A stretch of 63,944 bases of DNA, filler included, from Asterionella formosa (taxonomy: Eukaryota), in assembly GCA_002256025.1 (NCBI GenBank). It is 9 parts of 9 records of this genome, joined end to end, with 100 filler letters (N's around TTAATTAATTAA, not from the genome) between each part and the next. Parts side by side here need not be neighbours in the genome. Positions count along the whole stretch, not along the records: positions 57,569 to 59,158 come from NKIB01001834.1; positions 59,259 to 60,847 come from NKIB01001835.1; positions 60,948 to 62,536 come from NKIB01001837.1; positions 62,637 to 63,944 come from NKIB01001921.1; 5 more parts are not named here. One strand, written 5' to 3'. Below the pieces are notes generated by a model that did not search any database, was not told where the DNA came from, and saw nothing but the letters and a program-made list of their open reading frames with translations. Shown here piece by piece: positions 58,261 through 63,944 of this stretch; position 1 is the stretch's first letter; the number at the start of each line of letters is the position of its first letter. A program made the translations under genes and the position numbers.

Positions 58261-61200
58261 CAGGGATGATCCATCAAAAGGTAGAGTATGATATAGCAGT
58301 ATGCATTGTATGTATGGGTGGTATGGAGAAGTATAATTAGCAACAGTGTTCCATAGGCAGGTATTTAAATTCTTAATCGCTGGTTGAATGTACAAATAGC
58401 TACGACTCTACCGGTAGTATAACATACTCAGATCAACAAATTTGTGTCATAGTATCATGTATGACCCGGCTGCTCGAAAAAATATTTGACAGTGCATTCT
58501 AGTATTTTACTGGTACGCGCACACTACTATAACCAATGATGATCAGCTACCAGTGTGGCCAGCGTCGGATTGCAAGACCTCGCAGCGAACTAGGCCAACT
58601 GAGGAATGGATGTAAATTTAACCAATCAGTATATGAATAATGAAGCGGGCCCTTACAATGGAACTTTTGTGCAAGAAATTTTACATCTAAAAATTTTAGC
58701 GCAAAACTAACATTCCGATGATGATGTTTTGGCGATTAGTAATTCTGATTCCGATATTTTAGAGAATATAGAGAAGGCCGATTTTGTCGAATTTTTGGAG
58801 AGCAATAGCTCAATGGTCGATGGGTCTGAAGGCGATTTCAATACATAGGTAACCTTCAAATAGCCTCAGTTTATATCTTCCGGTGAGAGAAACTGCAGAA
58901 AGGAATTTCGGATTTTTACTGTACCAAATGAACAGATTTCCTCCGAATTTTCTAGTCTTTTTAGCATTAAAAAACCCCAAGTTCCTTTCTGCAGTTTCTT
59001 GTCAGATCCTATATCCTGAATATATATAAAATGGACCTCCACCCCTACTTTGTCCAAAGACTGTATGTAAGCATATGGATAGGGTGTCTAATGGTGAAAG
59101 CTCTGTTGATCATATATTTTAGACATGAAAAGTACTTGTTTGATTAGTCTGACTCAATNNNNNNNNNNNNNNNNNNNNNNNNNNNNNNNNNNNNNNNNNN
59201 NNTTAATTAATTAANNNNNNNNNNNNNNNNNNNNNNNNNNNNNNNNNNNNNNNNNNNNTTCTATTGGTTTTTAGTTTTACAATCATACGATCCTAAAACT
59301 GTGATGATTTACTGTCCCACTGCAGTAGCAACAGTCCTGAACATATGGTGTTCTGTTGCTAGTTTACTACTCCGACTACCCCCAGTATATCACTTACTAC
59401 CTGCTACTGGTACTCTGTATACATATATGATATATTGTTATTGTCATATGATGTACCGGTACACATGAAGAGCTCCCAACCAAAAAAAGGTGCTTTAACA
59501 ATTTGCTACCAAAACCCTTGCGGTTATGACTTACACCAATTGAATGGTCTAAATAATTAGTTTCAACGGACGTAGAAAATATCGATGCAAACAAATTTCA
59601 GAAACAATACCGGTACACCTAGTCATGGAAAAGAATGGACATATAGTGCATTGAGTATTTTCGAATTATGTATATGCAAGTATGATCATCTCAACCATAT
59701 CAGATGTTCCATATCGAGAGCGCCATTGAATTTTATAAATGTATAACACTTCATATATATATATATATATATTTACAAATATTATTACTTTATTCATGGC
59801 ATATATATTTTTGAAATCGTTCTGTCATGTTAACAAACAATGCCTGCTGCTTCATGAAAAGATACGTTGTAGTAAAGCACATGACAAGAAAAGAAAGTTT
59901 ACGAAATACATGACGAAAAATATGTGGCTTCGACACATTGCGCCTTCGAAGGATGGAGAATGTTCAAAGTAATGAAGCCATCAATGTGGTAGCTACTTGG
60001 ATGACAATCGTTGGAAGGCAGGACAACAACAAATTGTTAACTAAACACAGCCACATTTCCTTTTTTCTCAGTTGATTCAACAGCTCGTTTCGCTTCTTGG
60101 GGAGCACCAATGTAAAACAAAACCAAATTGCGTAAGTGCTCTTGTCGCTCGTTGGACCTATTCACTTCTGTTCGAACAAAACTGACAAAACGTTTACCTT
60201 CTCTCAAAGTTAAGCTGACAAAAATGAACCGGTAAGTTTTATTCAACAACATTGGATACCCGAAACTTACTTATTCAAGAATTTGGCTTACTGACAAGTT
60301 ACTATAACAGACTTATGCATCAGTTGCATTGATTTGTGGTAAGTGAAGCAAGAGGATACGACGGAATTGCGTGTTCTTGTGTCAATGTAACATGACTAGC
60401 TAACAAATCATTCCTTCTCATTGTTACTGTAACTGCATGCATAGGACAATAAAAACAATCAAACAACGGAATAGTCGGCAAGTTCAGAATGACACTTACA
60501 GCAGGGAAAGAGACGCAGCTTCAGTAAGGCACTGCCTCGCACACGATTCAGAACAGAGGAAGAAATAACGAGAAAGGAATATACATTGAGACAAGTGGAG
60601 AGGTGAGAAACATCGGGTAGCTGTCGAAACAGAAGCATCATTGTTAAATTTGTTAATTAATTTACGATCTATTCCAATCCTTTTTGAACAATGCTTCTGA
60701 TTAGAATTATGATCATGTTTAAGATAGATTTACGATTAAAAAATTCACATGATAGCATAGAGTTGAGCTGGTTTTAGGATACGTTGTAGTTATAATTTAC
60801 ATTGGGCAATCACGAGAAGTGAAAATAATATGAGAAGGTTTATGATANNNNNNNNNNNNNNNNNNNNNNNNNNNNNNNNNNNNNNNNNNNNTTAATTAAT
60901 TAANNNNNNNNNNNNNNNNNNNNNNNNNNNNNNNNNNNNNNNNNNNNGGTCGCGGTGGAAGTGATGGCATGCTGGACATGGTGATGGATTACTTGAAATG
61001 GCAGTAAAATAGCACGAACTGTTGAACGTCGAATCTATCAATTTGGATGGATAAATATAGAATGGTACCTGGTAAACTACTCGCTAGGGCGGAATAACAG
61101 TGCCGTGGTACCCTGGTACCTGCAAGTTGCGGTAATGTTGCAGAAGCTAAAAGAATATAGCTATCTTTATCCTAGATTAAAATGTTAGTTTAAGCAAAAT

Positions 61201-61719
61201 GACCGCAACTTGCTGGTGCCAGTTATACCCTGTATTCGCAATTTTTGGTACGTTTTCAACCGCTTTTCGTCCTCAAAATCAACTACAACCAGGCATACCT
61301 TGTATTGGGCATCGCAACGTCTTCCAAGAGAAGGTATCAGTCGTTTGACTTTTTTCAAGACAAGGTGATATATACCATTCCAATACAAGGTTTGTATTGG
61401 CTAAAGGTCGGTGTGTCAAGTCTAAGGGTCGTTCTTATCATTTTTTTTCGTGTATCACGGAATTTGAATTTTTTTGAAAATGTATCAGCAACGGTAACTC
61501 GATTTGAACTGAATTTCATTCATTCCAAAAGTGTCACTGTATCACTAATTTGTGATCACATTGTATCATGGAGTAAAATGAATCTTCAACGGCAACTGGC
61601 TGGCGAAGATCATGTGTATATCCCTCCGGAATATAATGATGGTCTTGATATCAAGCAACAACAAAATATAATTACCGGGAAACTAAATATAATATTAAAA
61701 ACACACATTTGCATGAATC

Positions 61720-62536
61720 ATGTCGTCGCCATTTGATTTACTTGATGATAATGACGATGACAGTAGTGATCTTGATTTCTTCTTCCTCTGTCATTTAGCT
61801 AAGGAAGCAGAGGAAAAAGAACACTCATCCAAACGACAAAGGCGACGCTGTAAACGGCAGCTTCAGTCATCTGAACGACGACGACAACGAAGGCACAAGT
61901 GGCACCACGAAAGAATCTCCTGGCAATCACATGTCGAGAAACTCAATCACGAGATTGCTTTCGAGAAGACATACAGAATGTCACACAGAGCATTCAAAAA
62001 ACTCACCTCCATGCTGGAAATTCAGATTGCAGGGAATTATTCCAAATGTGGCACTTCTGAGCCCATAATTCCCGAAATTGTGGTAGCCATTGGTTTGCGA
62101 TGGCTGGCTGGTGGCAGTTACATCGACATTCGTCATGCCTACGGTTGTAGCATTGCTTCACTTTATCGATGTCGTGATTTGTTCATTGATGCTGTACTAA
62201 ACTGTGGAGAACTCGAAATTGTTTTTCCAAAAGAAAAAGAAGAATTTATCAAATTGGCTTCCAGCTTTGAATGCAAAAGCTCAGAGGGCATGATGAGAGG
62301 ATGTGTTGGTGCTATTGACGGCTTCCTAGCCACCATCAACCGCCCGACTATAGTTGAAAGTGGCAACAACCCTGGTTCATTTTTTTCCGGTCACTACATG
62401 ACTTATGGAATCAATGTCCAGGCTGTTTGTGATGCTGACTCAAGATTTATTTATTTTGGTGTAATTGCACCGGGAAAATGCAGTGACCAAGTAGCTTTTG
62501 AACGAACTTCCATTTTCGATCGAGTTGCAGCATTCA
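61720..62536 (+). mobile_element. PIF/Harbinger transposase, open frame, truncated by a gap
   Basis: FEKTYRMSHRAFKKL, IGLRWLAGGSY, GCVGAIDG, FFSGHYMTYGINVQAVCD, APGKCSD motifs; same family as 24190-25524. Confidence 0.92.
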
Positions 62537-62636
62537 NNNNNNNNNNNNNNNNNNNNNNNNNNNNNNNNNNNNNNNNNNNNTTAATTAATTAANNNNNNNN
62601 NNNNNNNNNNNNNNNNNNNNNNNNNNNNNNNNNNNN

Positions 62637-63075
62637 CTTTCCTACCAGGACGCCAACTCCGAAACCCACTCTACCCCCAACGCCAGATCCAACAATGGCG
62701 CCCACTAAGCTCCCTGGTCTCGCTCCAACCACCGTCTTCCCTACCAGCACGCCAACCATTGAACCAACTTTATCACCAACGCCAATCCCAACCACGCTCC
62801 CTAAAGAAACCCCCAGCGGCACTCTAAGTGGCTTTTCTTCTGGTAGACCAAGCAGAGCACCTACCAAAAAACCCAGTGGAATTCCGAGCCATAAACCATC
62901 TTCTTTGCTATCACCTGTACAAACTCCGAGACCCACAAGAACCCCTACAGTCACAAACAGGCCAGAGAACCTTGAACCTGTATCGAGTCCCTCATCCGGA
63001 AGTACATCGGATCCAACTGATGTGGATGTTCTCCCTAACTTTGGCGATTTGGGAAATTGGAATGGCAGACGATAG
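62637..63075 (+). CDS. 3' end of a gene encoding a Pro/Thr/Ser-rich mucin-like stalk
   Basis: Open frame from the gap with PTxxPT repeats, ending …PNFGDLGNWNGRR*. Confidence 0.6.
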
Positions 63076-63772
63076 TTGCCATTCAGCCTCATGCGTGTAT
63101 CAAAAGAATGCTTGTGTCGAGCCTCACATTTGATAAGTCTTGCATTGAGAAGAACATCAATCAAACAATAGTAAATCGAAATGACTGATGACTCTTGTTT
63201 CAGTGATTGTGTTATAGGGCCAATCTTGCATTCATATACATAAGATTTTTCTGCTTTGATAGCTTTATAAAAATGATTCATTGTCCAGTTAATAATGTCA
63301 ATTATTTATCTCCAATTCGACTTCATTTTGACAAAAGTGATAAACCAAAAGGCAACAGTTAAAAGCTGTCGCAAGTCTTTGCACACAATGGCTTGGACCT
63401 CTTTAAGACTGGAGGAAATAAGAACAGAAACTTCTTTATGTATCTTATAGTAAAATTTCCATTCTTATATCTAATCCAGGATGATTCAGTGAAAGCATGT
63501 AGATTTCTCACTTTTATCAACATTTGAAGTTTTCGAATCAGACTCCAATAAGTGATCTTATGATCTTAACAATAAATCGTTTAGCTAAGAGAATAATTAA
63601 AGAAGAAAAATTGCATGCTGATGCAAACTGGCCTAAACTTTTTAAAATCATCTTTGCAAAGACTGCAAAGAGAGCCATCAGTCACGGAAATACACTGTGC
63701 TTTCCCCTGACGTATCCATTGTAAGGCTCGACACAGGCATTCTTTTGATACACGCAAGAGGCTGAATGGCAA

Positions 63773-63944
63773 CTATCGTCTGCCATTCCAATTTCCCAAA
63801 TCACCAAAGTTAGGGAGAACAACCACATCAGTTGGATCCGATGTACTTCCGGATGAGGGACTCGATACAGGTTCAAGGTTCTCTGGCCTGTTTGTGACTG
63901 TAGGGGTTCTTATGGGTTTCGGAGTTGGCGTCCTGGTAGGAATT
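63773..63944 (-). CDS. 3' end of a convergent paralogue of the Pro/Thr-rich gene, entering from the right edge
   Basis: 63721-63925 is a near-identical reverse complement of about 62923-63128, including the stop codon and about 50 nt of 3' UTR. Confidence 0.6.
   Translation of the reverse strand, partial: IPTRTPTPKPIRTPTVTNRPENLEPVSSPSSGSTSDPTDVVVLPNFGDLGNWNGRR

Noticed and set aside
60037..60641. Possible small spliced gene on the minus strand
   Set aside because: One plausible intron but no recognisable domain or convincing full model

Overview
Eukaryotic genomic DNA, most likely a diatom or related stramenopile. This is inferred from short GT-AG introns, gametolysin/M11 and type-II LRR genes, diatom-style copia and Harbinger elements, and roughly 40% GC. 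It is a draft scaffold: eight short gaps carry an artificial N-TTAATTAATTAA-N linker and two are longer N gaps, so adjacency across the linkers is not guaranteed. Two gene-dense blocks (1-7.4 kb and 26-52 kb) encode a SLAC1/TDT channel, a triple zinc-finger protein, an AFG2-like AAA ATPase, an RlmN-like protein, GOT1, an LRR membrane protein, ERCC8/CSA, glycolate oxidase, focadhesin/RST1, a SET methyltransferase, a MATE transporter and a DIS3-family exoribonuclease. Two repeat-rich blocks (7.4-26 kb and 52.5-64 kb) hold an M11 metallopeptidase, nested inverted and tandem repeats, two PIF/Harbinger copies, a Ty1/copia fragment and a two-ORF Kolobok/Mutator-like element. The most notable observations are: (i) an intact RlmN-fold ORF lacking all canonical radical-SAM and catalytic cysteines; (ii) a transposase next to a P2X7-ballast/KolX-like ORF; (iii) GGTACC(A/T)/TACCGGTA motif clusters that mark upstream intergenic regions; (iv) a 2.7-kb fold-back with near-identical inner arms; (v) a candidate structured RNA at 35.5 kb. 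All family assignments come from motif recognition by eye; no database searches were run.
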